From Candidatus Undinarchaeota archaeon (GTDB lineage: Archaea > Undinarchaeota > Undinarchaeia > Undinarchaeales > UBA543), in contig CAZMMZ010000003.1 in the NCBI GenBank assembly GCA_964567575.1, positions 10,113 to 74,112 of the forward strand: a stretch of DNA of 64,000 nt, in the 5' to 3' direction. The position numbers and the translations under genes were made by a program. Position 1 is the stretch's first letter. Each line of letters starts with the position of its first letter. The notes under the pieces were generated by a model that was given only the letters and a program-made list of their open reading frames with translations, was not told the DNA's origin and searched no databases. This document shows positions 8,250-17,373 of this stretch, piece by piece.

Positions 8250-9854
8250 TTAAAATAGTCCTTTCTTTCCTTTTGCTTTTTTAACTAGTTCTTTAGTTTT
8301 TGTTTTTCTAAGTTTTTCTAGTGCTCTCTTTTCTCCACCTGTTAGTTTTCCTTCTTCTGCTAGTTTTTCAAGCTGAGCAATTGCGCCTTTTGCATCTTCC
8401 ATTGGTTTTATTTTCTTTAGGTATTTCTTCTTTGTAAGTTGTGGGTGTCCATACATTGGAACTGGATATTTTTTCAAATAATCTTGTATTAGATAAATGA
8501 CTGCGTATCCTGGTCCCATAAAAATAAACACAAGCAAAAGTCCTAGAATCAAACTAAGTCCCCAAGTTGCACTTACGAAAGCATAAATTGTTCCCATTGT
8601 TATCATTAACAAAACAATCCAAAGATAAATTGGTTTTATTTCTAAACTGTAATTCCACCAAAGAACTGAAAGTCCTAATGTAACACTTCGCATGAACTTG
8701 ACATAACGGTCGCGGCCTAACAGTTTCATTAGCGATCGTTCCATGTAATAATAAATAATATCTCTTTTCTTACTTCCATAAAGTTTCCACTGATTGAATA
8801 TATCTCCGAAAACAGCAGTCATTTTAATACCATCATACTCAGTATCTTCCCAAGCATTCTTGACAATCGGTCTGTAGAAGTAGAAGAATTTCCACCATGG
8901 GTGGTAAATTAATTCACGTCCTGTTATAACAACATCTTCAGGATCAACAGCTTCAATATATGAAACCCATTGGATAGCTGCGAGTTTTGCTTCGTGCTTT
9001 TCCATTGTTGGTCTGTAAACTTCATACTTTACTCCTTTCGGAAGTTTTGGCTTTTGGATTTTTCCACGAGGAGCCATATTACAAGATTCAATTGCATTTA
9101 TGATATTGACTTCTTTCCAAACTTGTCTTGCTCCCATTTTATCAACAGCTGCTGATAATGCAGGATCTGTGTCGAACCACGCATCAATTTCTCCAGTGAA
9201 AGCATTAATTGCAAAGTAACCCTTTTTCATTTGCCCGCTTTTTGAAATATGATAAGAGAATCTCCAATATGGTTCGTATGCTAGCTCTTTGTTCATAAAC
9301 CAAATACATTTAAAATTGATGAACATCATTTTTTCAAAGAACCATTTTAATTTCCACTTGACTTTTTCATAATCCCAAAGAACTGGATAAGCCGGTGCAT
9401 TGAACCACCACTTCTCTTTTGTCATTGCTTTTCCAAGAAGTGTCTGAACTTTGTCTGGTGTTAATATGCTAACATTAAGAGGAACCGCTGCAGTTTCTGC
9501 ATCTTCTTTTGCTCCATTTGTTGTTAAAAGTAAAACTGAATGTGCATCTGAGTGATCTCGAATTTGCCCTGCCTGTTCACAATCTGCTACTGTAACTGGT
9601 CCTTGTCCTCGTTTGTAACGAACAATTACACGACCGAATGGGCGTTCAATATCTTTCTTTTCAGCGAGAATATCAGCTTTGTAAACAATTCCTTCCTCTT
9701 CTTTCTTAGGTAAAACTTCACCTGGTCTTCCTGTTTCTTTTTCAAGAGGTGCAGTTGTTATTTTTCCACCTACAATTCCTACATTTCTTCGGGTTTCATA
9801 CCCATACATATTTAGAAGCTCTTCTACGAAATCTAGGAGGGTGTTTATGTCCAT
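8250..9854 (-). CDS. Membrane protein with N-terminal Mrr-like (restriction endonuclease fold) domain, apparently degenerate
   Basis: FVEELLNMYGY...ADILAEK...VIVRYKR...VLLLTTN...LTPDKVQTLL follows the Mrr_cat pattern. Two YxP[YW]WxFxY repeats follow, then about 3 TM helices and a basic tail. Confidence 0.65.
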   Translation of the reverse strand: MDINTLLDFVEELLNMYGYETRRNVGIVGGKITTAPLEKETGRPGEVLPKKEEEGIVYKADILAEKKDIERPFGRVIVRYKRGQGPVTVADCEQAGQIRDHSDAHSVLLLTTNGAKEDAETAAVPLNVSILTPDKVQTLLGKAMTKEKWWFNAPAYPVLWDYEKVKWKLKWFFEKMMFINFKCIWFMNKELAYEPYWRFSYHISKSGQMKKGYFAINAFTGEIDAWFDTDPALSAAVDKMGARQVWKEVNIINAIESCNMAPRGKIQKPKLPKGVKYEVYRPTMEKHEAKLAAIQWVSYIEAVDPEDVVITGRELIYHPWWKFFYFYRPIVKNAWEDTEYDGIKMTAVFGDIFNQWKLYGSKKRDIIYYYMERSLMKLLGRDRYVKFMRSVTLGLSVLWWNYSLEIKPIYLWIVLLMITMGTIYAFVSATWGLSLILGLLLVFIFMGPGYAVIYLIQDYLKKYPVPMYGHPQLTKKKYLKKIKPMEDAKGAIAQLEKLAEEGKLTGGEKRALEKLRKTKTKELVKKAKGKKGLF

Positions 9855-9896
9855 ACAGTAATACATAAGTACGTAAAATCATATTTAAAGGTAGTG

Positions 9897-10877
9897 ATGA
9901 GCCCAAATTATGTGTCAGAAAGCAGTGTAAAAATCCAAATTCCTACTCAGGATACTCGTCCATCTGCTTCTTCTGCATTCTATAATCCGCGAATGAAATT
10001 AAATCGCGACTTGAGCATGGCGGTTGCAAAGGAATTCTTGAAAAACCGTAAGCAAGCGTGCATCTGCGAACCGTTCTCAGCTACTGGAATCCGTGCTTTG
10101 CGATACGCAAAAGAAACAAAATCAAATGTTTTTGCAGGTGACATACGTAAGTCTTCAGTTGATCTCATTCAAAAAAATGCAAAATTGAATCAAATCACAA
10201 ATATCGAAGTTTTTCATGGAGATGCAAATGAGCTTCTCACAGCACGAAAGTACGATTTAATTGATTTAGATCCATTTGGAACTCCCGCACCTTTTATTGA
10301 CTCAGCTTTGCAAGGTTTGAAAGCAAATGGAATGCTCGCTGCTACAGCAACTGATATGATGGCGCTTTGCGGAGTTGCACCAAAGCAAGGAACTGCAATG
10401 CCAAAATATGACGGAGCAAAAGCAATGAAATGCGAGTTTGTTCACGAAGTTGCAATTCGTCTTTTACTTGGTTTTATTGCGCGCAAATCAAAACGAATTA
10501 TTAAACCGGTTTTGAGTTTAAGTACTGATCATTACATTCGTGTTTTTGTTAAATTCGGAAAAATTGGTAAGAATAAAATTGGTTATGTTAATTACAATCC
10601 AAAAACAGGAAAGCGTTCTGTTTCAAAAATCAAAAAGAAAAACTTCAAACATGCTGGCCCACTTTGGATTGGCAAACTTTGGGATAAACCATTTTTGAAA
10701 AAATTAGATTTCCAGCACAAGCTCCTTGATTTTATGATTGAAGAAGCAAATGGCAAACCATTATTTTATACCACTAGAGAATTAGTAAAAGGAATTCAAC
10801 CTCCAATAAAAGAACTTCTCAAAAAATTCAAAGCAACTCGAACTCACTTTAAACCGCAAGCAATTCGAAAAAAATAA
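9897..10877 (+). CDS. trm1: tRNA (guanine-26 N2)-dimethyltransferase
   Basis: FYNPRMKLNRD, SATGIRALRY, DLIDLDPFGTP, TATD, HYIRVFV, GPLWIG. Confidence 0.92.
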   Translation: MSPNYVSESSVKIQIPTQDTRPSASSAFYNPRMKLNRDLSMAVAKEFLKNRKQACICEPFSATGIRALRYAKETKSNVFAGDIRKSSVDLIQKNAKLNQITNIEVFHGDANELLTARKYDLIDLDPFGTPAPFIDSALQGLKANGMLAATATDMMALCGVAPKQGTAMPKYDGAKAMKCEFVHEVAIRLLLGFIARKSKRIIKPVLSLSTDHYIRVFVKFGKIGKNKIGYVNYNPKTGKRSVSKIKKKNFKHAGPLWIGKLWDKPFLKKLDFQHKLLDFMIEEANGKPLFYTTRELVKGIQPPIKELLKKFKATRTHFKPQAIRKK

Positions 10878-10893
10878 AAACGAAGCGCGGGGT

Positions 10894-11805
10894 TTAAGCC
10901 GCTGCTTCTGCCATTTTGTCTTCAATTCCAAGTTCTTCAATAAGTTCTTTGTATCTGTTTCGGATTGTAACCTCAGTTACTCCAGCTACTTCTGCAACTT
11001 CTCTTTGTGTTCTCTTTTCATTTTCTAAAGTTGAAGCTACGTAAATTGAAGCTGCTGCAACACCAGTTGGTCCACGACCAGAAATCAGATCTTTGGTTTG
11101 TGCACTCTTTAAAATTGCAATTGCACGCTCTTGTGTGTTTGGGCTGAGTTTTAGCTCAGATGAAAATCTTGAGATGTAATCAATTGGAGATGTTGGTAGT
11201 AATTTAATACCAAGTTCTCGTGTGATAAATCGGTATGTTCTTCCAACTTCTCTTTTCTTTACTCCTGAACCTTCAGCAATTTCATCAAGTGTTCTTGGAA
11301 CATTGTGTTTTCTGCAGGCTGCGTAGAGCGCTGCTGCAACAACAGATTCCATTGAACGTCCTCGAACAAGTCCGCGTGTTACTGCTTTTCTGTAAATCAA
11401 AGCAGTTGTTTCGCGTATGTTTTTTGGAAGTCCAATTGCACTTGATATTCTATCAAGTTCAGAAAGAGCGTAGCGAAGGTTTCTTTCTGTAGCAGTAGAA
11501 ACCTGTCTGTGCCATCTCTTAAGTCTGTAAAAAGCTGCCCGCTTTGATGGCGGTAGCTTGTATAAATCTGAATATCCTTGATCACCAATCGAGGTGCTTA
11601 GACCTTTATCGTGACGTGTATATGTTAAGAAAGAACCAGTTCTGTCACGCTTGCTTTTTTGTTCATAATCAAAAGCGCGCCATTCCTGAGTTGTATCAAT
11701 TTGTCGTTCTTCTAGAACTAAACCGCATTTCCCGCAGATTTTCTCTGCACGTCTTGCGTCTGTAGTCAAACTTTCTGATCCGCATTCTGGACATTTATCA
11801 GCCAT
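10894..11805 (-). CDS. tfb: Transcription initiation factor IIB (TFB)
   Basis: CPECG...CGKCG Zn ribbon, EWRAF, two cyclin repeats, [12 protein letters not shown]. Confidence 0.98.
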   Translation of the reverse strand: MADKCPECGSESLTTDARRAEKICGKCGLVLEERQIDTTQEWRAFDYEQKSKRDRTGSFLTYTRHDKGLSTSIGDQGYSDLYKLPPSKRAAFYRLKRWHRQVSTATERNLRYALSELDRISSAIGLPKNIRETTALIYRKAVTRGLVRGRSMESVVAAALYAACRKHNVPRTLDEIAEGSGVKKREVGRTYRFITRELGIKLLPTSPIDYISRFSSELKLSPNTQERAIAILKSAQTKDLISGRGPTGVAAASIYVASTLENEKRTQREVAEVAGVTEVTIRNRYKELIEELGIEDKMAEAAA

Positions 11806-11812
11806 TTTTCAC

Positions 11813-12043
11813 CTATTTAGTATACAATACTTTGCCAATCATTTTCTCAACATCCACACTTTTGGAATGTTTGATTGTGGCATACGGCTTTTTTATTGGC
11901 CCGAAAACATCAGAAATAATGCCAATTTTTTTCTCATCTTCTGTGAAAACTAACATATTTTCCTTTTTAGGAATACTGTTTTCACAGCGCAGAACCAACA
12001 TATGGTTCTTCGAATCATGGAGAACTGTACCGATTGCTTGCAT
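11813..12043 (-). CDS. gar1: Gar1/Naf1-family H/ACA RNP protein
   Basis: IGIISDVFGPIKKPY motif; conserved position upstream of tfb. Confidence 0.85.
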   Translation of the reverse strand: MQAIGTVLHDSKNHMLVLRCENSIPKKENMLVFTEDEKKIGIISDVFGPIKKPYATIKHSKSVDVEKMIGKVLYTK

Positions 12044-12114
12044 ACCTTTAAATAGGGGTAAAAAATCTTGTATATATACCTTTCGGTATTTCTAATTTTT
12101 AAATATTTCTCTTT

Positions 12115-12348
12115 TTACATGCCTTTGCTCTTCCAAGCAAGGAAGAACAGAGCCACGAAGCTTACCAAAAGTAGTGACAAGCTTGCAATTGAGAACACAC
12201 TGCTTCCACCATCTTCAGCTACAGTGTTTCCTAGAACAGAAAAACCAGTTAAAGAAAGTCCAGAAACCGCAAACATAGAAACTACAGTGATTGCAGCTAT
12301 TGCGATTAATGAGATTTGAAGCACACGTTCAACAGTGACCTTTGTCAT
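12115..12348 (-). CDS. Small 2-TM membrane protein
   Basis: 77 aa; two hydrophobic helices flanking LTGFSV. Confidence 0.6.
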   Translation of the reverse strand: MTKVTVERVLQISLIAIAAITVVSMFAVSGLSLTGFSVLGNTVAEDGGSSVFSIASLSLLLVSFVALFFLAWKSKGM

Positions 12349-12371
12349 ACTATTTTCCTGGTTAAATTAGT

Positions 12372-12997
12372 TCATATATGTTTCGGGTTACTACTTTCTT
12401 TTGATTTTTTTATTTTATTCTTTTTCAGTTTTTCACCGCGTGCTAATGCTTCATAACCAGGGAGTTTTCCTTTTATGTCTGCAAGTTTCTCTCGATATTT
12501 TGTAACTCTAATTTCATATGTTGCTGGCAGGGTTTTCTTTTTAAATCGATCTTCTTGCGCTTTTTTAGTTAGTTTTTCTAATACTCTTTCTTCAATCTTG
12601 AGCATTTTTACTTTTTGTTTTGCTCTAAGTCGTCTGGTTATTCTAAATGTAAGTACAGTTCCAACTGAAAGGAAAATAATTAGAACTATCAAATGTTTCC
12701 AACGTCGTTGTAAAAATGTTTTCCCAGCTTTTTTATTGTATTTAGTATTGTCATTTCTGCTCGTTTCTCTTCTAGCATAATTTCCATTTCTACAAGTTTT
12801 GTTTCAGCTTCTTCATAACGTTCTTTTTTGAATGCAGCTACTGCTAATTCATATTCATTTTGTGTTTCTGTAATGTTTACTCCAGCTTCATTATACTCTT
12901 CAAGTTTTAATTCAAAAGCTCGCAATTCATCTAGTAATTCAAATCCTTTGTTTCTTCTTTCTGGAATTATTTTAGCTAATCTAAAAGCTTCATATAA
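12372..12997 (-). pseudogene. 5'-less, frameshifted C-terminal part of a coiled-coil + TM surface protein
   Basis: ORFs 12689-12925 and 12372-12692 join into ...KLGK-TFLQRRWKHLIVLIIFLSVG... through a -1 shift at GGGAAAA (plus strand 12719-12725). The frame is open up to a TGA at 12998-13000 with no plausible start. Confidence 0.55.
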
Positions 12998-13000
12998 TCA

Positions 13001-13451
13001 GAATATCGTTTTCCATTATCGTAGGTTGCTTGCGCTTAAAGGAATTCCAACAGGTGCTATTACAATTTTCCCATTAGGTTTTGACAAAATCGGGCCTGGT
13101 GAAAGCCAAAAATTCAAGATTATTTTCAACGCAAAGGACATTTCCATAGGGGAGTATGCCGGAGTTTATACGGCAGTTTCTGATCAGGGAGTAATCATGC
13201 AGAAAGACACTATTTTTGTTGTTAAAGAGAAACTGTCTGGAGCTACAATGTTTGTTCCAACAATAAAAAGACTAGCTTCATGGATATCAATCCCTGTCTT
13301 TTTACTTTTATTAACTGGGTTTATATTTTTTATCAAGTTCTCACCAAAAAAATCTAAAAAGAATGTTTTGCAGCTGACATCAGTGTCTAAAATATCTAGA
13401 ATAAAAAATTGGTTATTCAAACATAAAAAGGAAAATCAGTCAAAAGTTTAA
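13001..13451 (+). pseudogene. 5'-less C-terminal part of an Ig-like (CARDB-type) + TM + basic-tail surface protein
   Basis: LKGIPTGAITIFP...IGPGESQKFKI...GEYAG..., then a TM helix and a Lys-rich tail. The first ~60 aa of the tracked ORF 12828-13451 are antisense shadow of the minus-strand gene. Confidence 0.5.
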
Positions 13452-13540
13452 AATTCGCAAACCTTTTTATATAATATAATAATAGCTGTGGATATGGCTC
13501 CACCAAAAAAGAAAAAACCGTGTTGCAAATAATTACAATC

Positions 13541-14152
13541 ATGAATTCAAAAAACCTAATCTTAATATTACTACTAATCACAGCAATTTTCTTTGCTGGT
13601 TGTATTGAACAATCAGTAGAAGAAGTGGAGGAACCTGAAGAAGTTCCTGACGAAATTATTGAGGAAGAAGAAATGGGTACTAAAGTATTACTAAAAACAA
13701 CAATGGGCGACATAACAATTGAGCTCGCTGACAACATGCCAATTACTACTGGCAATTTTGAGAAACTTGTTAAGGAAGGTTTCTATAATGGTGTAATTTT
13801 CCACAGAGTTATTTATCAATTCATGATACAAGGTGGGGATCCAGAAGGAACTGGAACTGGTGGTCCTGGTTACAAAATCGAGGATGAGTTTGTAGAAGGA
13901 AGCACTAACTTGCGCGGAACAATCGCAATGGCAAATTCCGGTCCTAACAGCGGCGGGAGTCAATTCTTCATAAATCTTATTGATAATGAATATCTTGATT
14001 GGGACAAAGAACCATTACAAAGCAAACATCCAGCATTTGGAAAAGTTGTTAACGGTATGAATGTTGTTGTTGATATCGGTGCTATGCCTGTTGGTCCTGG
14101 TGACAAGCCAGAGACTGAAATCAAAATTATTGAGGCTACAATAATAGAATGA
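13541..14152 (+). CDS. Cyclophilin-type peptidyl-prolyl cis-trans isomerase with lipoprotein-like signal
   Basis: FHRVI, FMIQGGDP, GTIAMAN, GSQFFIN, HPAFGKV; N-terminal FFAGC lipobox. Confidence 0.95.
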   Translation: MNSKNLILILLLITAIFFAGCIEQSVEEVEEPEEVPDEIIEEEEMGTKVLLKTTMGDITIELADNMPITTGNFEKLVKEGFYNGVIFHRVIYQFMIQGGDPEGTGTGGPGYKIEDEFVEGSTNLRGTIAMANSGPNSGGSQFFINLIDNEYLDWDKEPLQSKHPAFGKVVNGMNVVVDIGAMPVGPGDKPETEIKIIEATIIE

Positions 14153-14670
14153 AAATTAAAACAATTACTTTACTTTTGATACTGCTCTTAGCAGTTACTG
14201 TTGCTGGTTGCATTGAGCAACCTGTTGAAATAGGAGAAGAAGAGTTCTGTAATTCTGACAATGAGTGCATACCACTCCCTTCAGACTGTCACCCAGAAAT
14301 CTGCATAAACCATGAGTATGCAGGGAATTATGAAACGCCCGAAGTGTGTACTGAAATCTTCATGTTAAATGCAGCTTACAAACCCGAGGATTGTATATGT
14401 GTTAATAATAGGTGTACTAATAAGAATAAAGTTGATAATGTTGATCCGGATTCTAGCTCATTGACAATGGATGAAGCTCTTGAAATAATAAAGAATAGTG
14501 ATTGTGCCCAGGAAGAACTTGAGGAAACTGTAAGTTACAATATTAATACAAAAACTTGGTGGTTTGATCTTAATTTAGAAAAAGAAGGTTGCAATCCTGC
14601 TTGTGTTGTTAATGAAGAAACAAAAACTGCTGAAATTAATTGGAGATGTACAGGTTTGATTGTGCCTTAG
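14149..14670 (+). CDS. Secreted Cys-rich lipoprotein
   Basis: VAGC lipobox; CxxxxxC...C...C cluster; C-terminal GCNPACVV...AEINWRCTG. Confidence 0.75.
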   Translation: MKIKTITLLLILLLAVTVAGCIEQPVEIGEEEFCNSDNECIPLPSDCHPEICINHEYAGNYETPEVCTEIFMLNAAYKPEDCICVNNRCTNKNKVDNVDPDSSSLTMDEALEIIKNSDCAQEELEETVSYNINTKTWWFDLNLEKEGCNPACVVNEETKTAEINWRCTGLIVP

Positions 14671-14731
14671 TTATTAGAACTTCAAATCCAAAACTATATT
14701 AAACCAAAGTCGGATTTTTGTTTAACGAAGT

Positions 14732-15082
14732 ATGAAAAATAATAAAGCACATCTGCACATCCCTGGAATTATTCTTAAAGTAATTATTGTTGGTAGTGCT
14801 GCTTGGATAACGTTCCTCCTTGCTATTGGAAAAACAGTTCCAACAAATGCGATTTTTGCATTTGCAATCCTTATGTTTTTTTCACAATTTGTTAATATGA
14901 TGTTTGGGATGAATCCAATTGGAATGATTTCTGGAATGTTCGTTGCGTTGTTCGCGCTAATAATGGTTAAAGCGGTTTACAGTTATCCTTCTACAGCATT
15001 CGGAAAATTTTTCATAAATAATCTTATTTTTATTGCACCAACTTTTGCAGTAATTGATATTATACGAGATATCATAGATTAA
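14732..15082 (+). CDS. Hypothetical membrane protein (about 4 TM)
   Basis: 116-aa hydrophobic ORF with an upstream TATA-like element. Confidence 0.65.
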   Translation: MKNNKAHLHIPGIILKVIIVGSAAWITFLLAIGKTVPTNAIFAFAILMFFSQFVNMMFGMNPIGMISGMFVALFALIMVKAVYSYPSTAFGKFFINNLIFIAPTFAVIDIIRDIID

Positions 15083-15154
15083 TTTTTAAAAAGTAAGGGG
15101 TGCGCCAAAGATCTTACCCTGTCAGCGCTTAGAAGTTTTCAGTTTATATCAGAT

Positions 15155-15769
15155 TTAGTATCTTTTTGGTTTGTGTTTCTGATAGCAGTCTCTGCAGTAT
15201 ACTGGTTTGTCGCCGGTTGGTTTGAAAGGCACCTGTGTTGACTGTCCGCAATCGGAGCAGGTTACAGTTGTCATTTCTCTTGGAGCACTGTCGTATCCAC
15301 CTCGGCCTCCGCCTCGGTTTCCACCACCGAATCCGCCACCACGGCCGCCACCGCCACCGCCGAATCCACCTGACCTACGTGGAGGTCTGTGTTTCTGGTA
15401 GCAATCTTTGCAGTATAGGGGTTTAGATTCATCAGGTTTGAAAGGAACTTCACAATCACTTCCGCAGTCTGCGCATTTAGCTTTGTAAATTTCGCGTCCA
15501 CGGTCGTCGGTTTTTCCAGTTTTTTCTACTGTTGAAGTTGATTCTTCTGCCTGTGCTTCTGGAGCTGCTTCTTCTGCTGGCTCTTCTTCTGCTGACTCTT
15601 CAGCTGGTGCATCTTCTGTTGGTGCATCTTCTACTGATTCTTCTGGTGCTTTTTCTGAAGCATCTTCTGTGTTTTCTTCGGAACTTGTATCTTCTTTTGT
15701 TTCTACTTCTTCCTGTTCTGTGTTTGTTTCTTCCTGAGGTGCTGCCTCAGGTTCATCATCTGCGTACAT
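15155..15769 (-). CDS. CxxC-x17-CxxC domain protein (two Zn ribbons, RGG linker, acidic N-terminus)
   Basis: CADCG...VPFKP...YCKDCY and CSDCG...VPFKP...YCRDCY, separated by a Gly/Arg-rich linker. Confidence 0.85.
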   Translation of the reverse strand: MYADDEPEAAPQEETNTEQEEVETKEDTSSEENTEDASEKAPEESVEDAPTEDAPAEESAEEEPAEEAAPEAQAEESTSTVEKTGKTDDRGREIYKAKCADCGSDCEVPFKPDESKPLYCKDCYQKHRPPRRSGGFGGGGGGRGGGFGGGNRGGGRGGYDSAPREMTTVTCSDCGQSTQVPFKPTGDKPVYCRDCYQKHKPKRY

Positions 15770-15940
15770 TTTATTTTTACCTATTATTTTATTTCACAAA
15801 AAGAGTTACATATGTAATTCTTTTTTGTGCACGCTTTTTGAGAGTTAATGGGTATTTAAGGGTTGTGTTAGTCGAAAAATTAAAAATACAACGATATATT
15901 TTCAATGTGTTTAAATACAACTTTATTATTCAAAACGAAC

Positions 15941-16915
15941 ATGCAGTACAACATATCTTTGTTAAGTATTGATCTTGAAACAGTAAATTCATTTGCAGCG
16001 AAGCTTGGCACAAAAGCAACTGAAAGCAATATTGTTCTATATCATGGCGATCTTGATGACAAAGTTTTGAATATTGCTGCTGCGATTTCATATCCTGAAA
16101 AAATCGAAACTGTTTTCCAATGCGCAGAAATTTCAGAATGTGCAATAGTGGTTCTGCCTGCTGATTACATTCTTGATTATCGTCTTGGCGAACTTGTAAT
16201 AATCCTTAATTATCTTAATAAAAAAGTTTGTTTTATTATTGACAAAACTAATTGTGAAAGTGATTTTAAAATCGCTGACATGCGATCAAAACTAGAAGCA
16301 CTTCTTGCAAATACAAGTTTGAAAGATTCAAAAATTATTGATGTTTCTTTGAAAAATGATTCTGAAATTAATGAATTAAAAGCATGGATAAAATCCATTG
16401 AGTTTGAAAAATCTGACAAGCCATTGTTTGTCATGGATCATTTTTTTGATGTTAAAAGTATTGGAACTGTTTTACTTGGTGAACTTAAAACCGGAACCAT
16501 GAAAGCATATGACAAGTTTAAGATTTATCCACTTAAGAAAGAAGTTCTTGTAAAATCAATGCAGGTTATGGATGTTGATCAAAAAGAAGTCCTTGCGCCG
16601 ATTCGTCCTGGGCTTGCAGTGAAGGGTGTGAAAGTTGATGAGCTCAAACGAGGGTTTGTTCTTTCCGCTGAAGAATTGCCAGTGATTGAAGAACTTTCAG
16701 GAACTTTTGAAAAGAATCCTTTTTACAAAAACGATATCAGTAACGGTGAAAAATATCGTGTTGCTCTTGGTGCGCAGATTGTTGAAGGTGTTATTGAAGA
16801 TTTGAATTTCAAAATGAAACTTGAGAAACCATTAGTGAAATATTTGGATACGGCAGTTATTTTCAGATCCGATCTGAAAACTGGTTTGAGAGTTGTTGGA
16901 AAAGTACGCATCTGA
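15941..16915 (+). CDS. EF-Tu/SelB domain II-containing protein with degenerate GTPase domain
   Basis: MDHFFDVKSIGTVLLG...VKSMQVMD...RPGLAVKGV...LKRGFVL matches the EF-Tu domain II barrel; no GxxxxGK P-loop in the N-terminal part. Confidence 0.75.
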   Translation: MQYNISLLSIDLETVNSFAAKLGTKATESNIVLYHGDLDDKVLNIAAAISYPEKIETVFQCAEISECAIVVLPADYILDYRLGELVIILNYLNKKVCFIIDKTNCESDFKIADMRSKLEALLANTSLKDSKIIDVSLKNDSEINELKAWIKSIEFEKSDKPLFVMDHFFDVKSIGTVLLGELKTGTMKAYDKFKIYPLKKEVLVKSMQVMDVDQKEVLAPIRPGLAVKGVKVDELKRGFVLSAEELPVIEELSGTFEKNPFYKNDISNGEKYRVALGAQIVEGVIEDLNFKMKLEKPLVKYLDTAVIFRSDLKTGLRVVGKVRI

Positions 16916-16974
16916 AAACATACAAAAAATTTTATATACTACATCAAGCCCTACTTAGTCAGGGGAATTATAAC

Positions 16975-17331
16975 ATGAAAATTAAAGATGTATTATCACA
17001 ACAAAGCGCTACACTTGAAAATGTAGAAGTAACTGAAAAAGCTGATGTCAGAACTTTCCAAAAATTTGGTAAAGAAGGACGAGTTTGCAATGCTAATATC
17101 AAAGACGATAGTGGCGAAATGACACTAACATTATGGAACGATGAAATTGATGCTGTTAATGAAGGCGACAAAATTAGCATCGTTGATGGTTGGGTTTCTG
17201 AGTGGCAAGGCAACAAACAGATTTCTGCTGGACGAAATGGTAAGATTACAAAAGCTGGCGAAGAAGGCGCTGCAGCACCTGCTGAACCTGCAGAAGAAGT
17301 AGCTGTTGAAGACGCACCAAAAAAAGAATAA
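16975..17331 (+). CDS. ssb: Single OB-fold single-stranded DNA-binding protein
   Basis: RTFQKFGKEGRVCNA..KDDSGEMTLTLWND...GWVSEWQGNKQIS; acidic tail. Confidence 0.9.
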   Translation: MKIKDVLSQQSATLENVEVTEKADVRTFQKFGKEGRVCNANIKDDSGEMTLTLWNDEIDAVNEGDKISIVDGWVSEWQGNKQISAGRNGKITKAGEEGAAAPAEPAEEVAVEDAPKKE

Positions 17332-17373
17332 GTAAATTCTTTTATTTTGTTAATTAGTTAGCTCGGATGCTAA

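Noticed and set aside
12828-13000. N-terminal part of the plus-strand ORF 12828-13451
   Set aside because: The Ser/Asn-rich sequence is the antisense shadow of the minus-strand coiled-coil gene.
15085-15135. Possible pseudoknot or small RNA between 15082 and 15155
   Set aside because: The stems are only 4-5 bp, with no C/D or H/ACA boxes; consistent with chance or a terminator.
15941-16915. Selenocysteine machinery (true SelB)
   Set aside because: No GTPase motifs, tRNA-Sec, SECIS or in-frame UGA selenoprotein seen.
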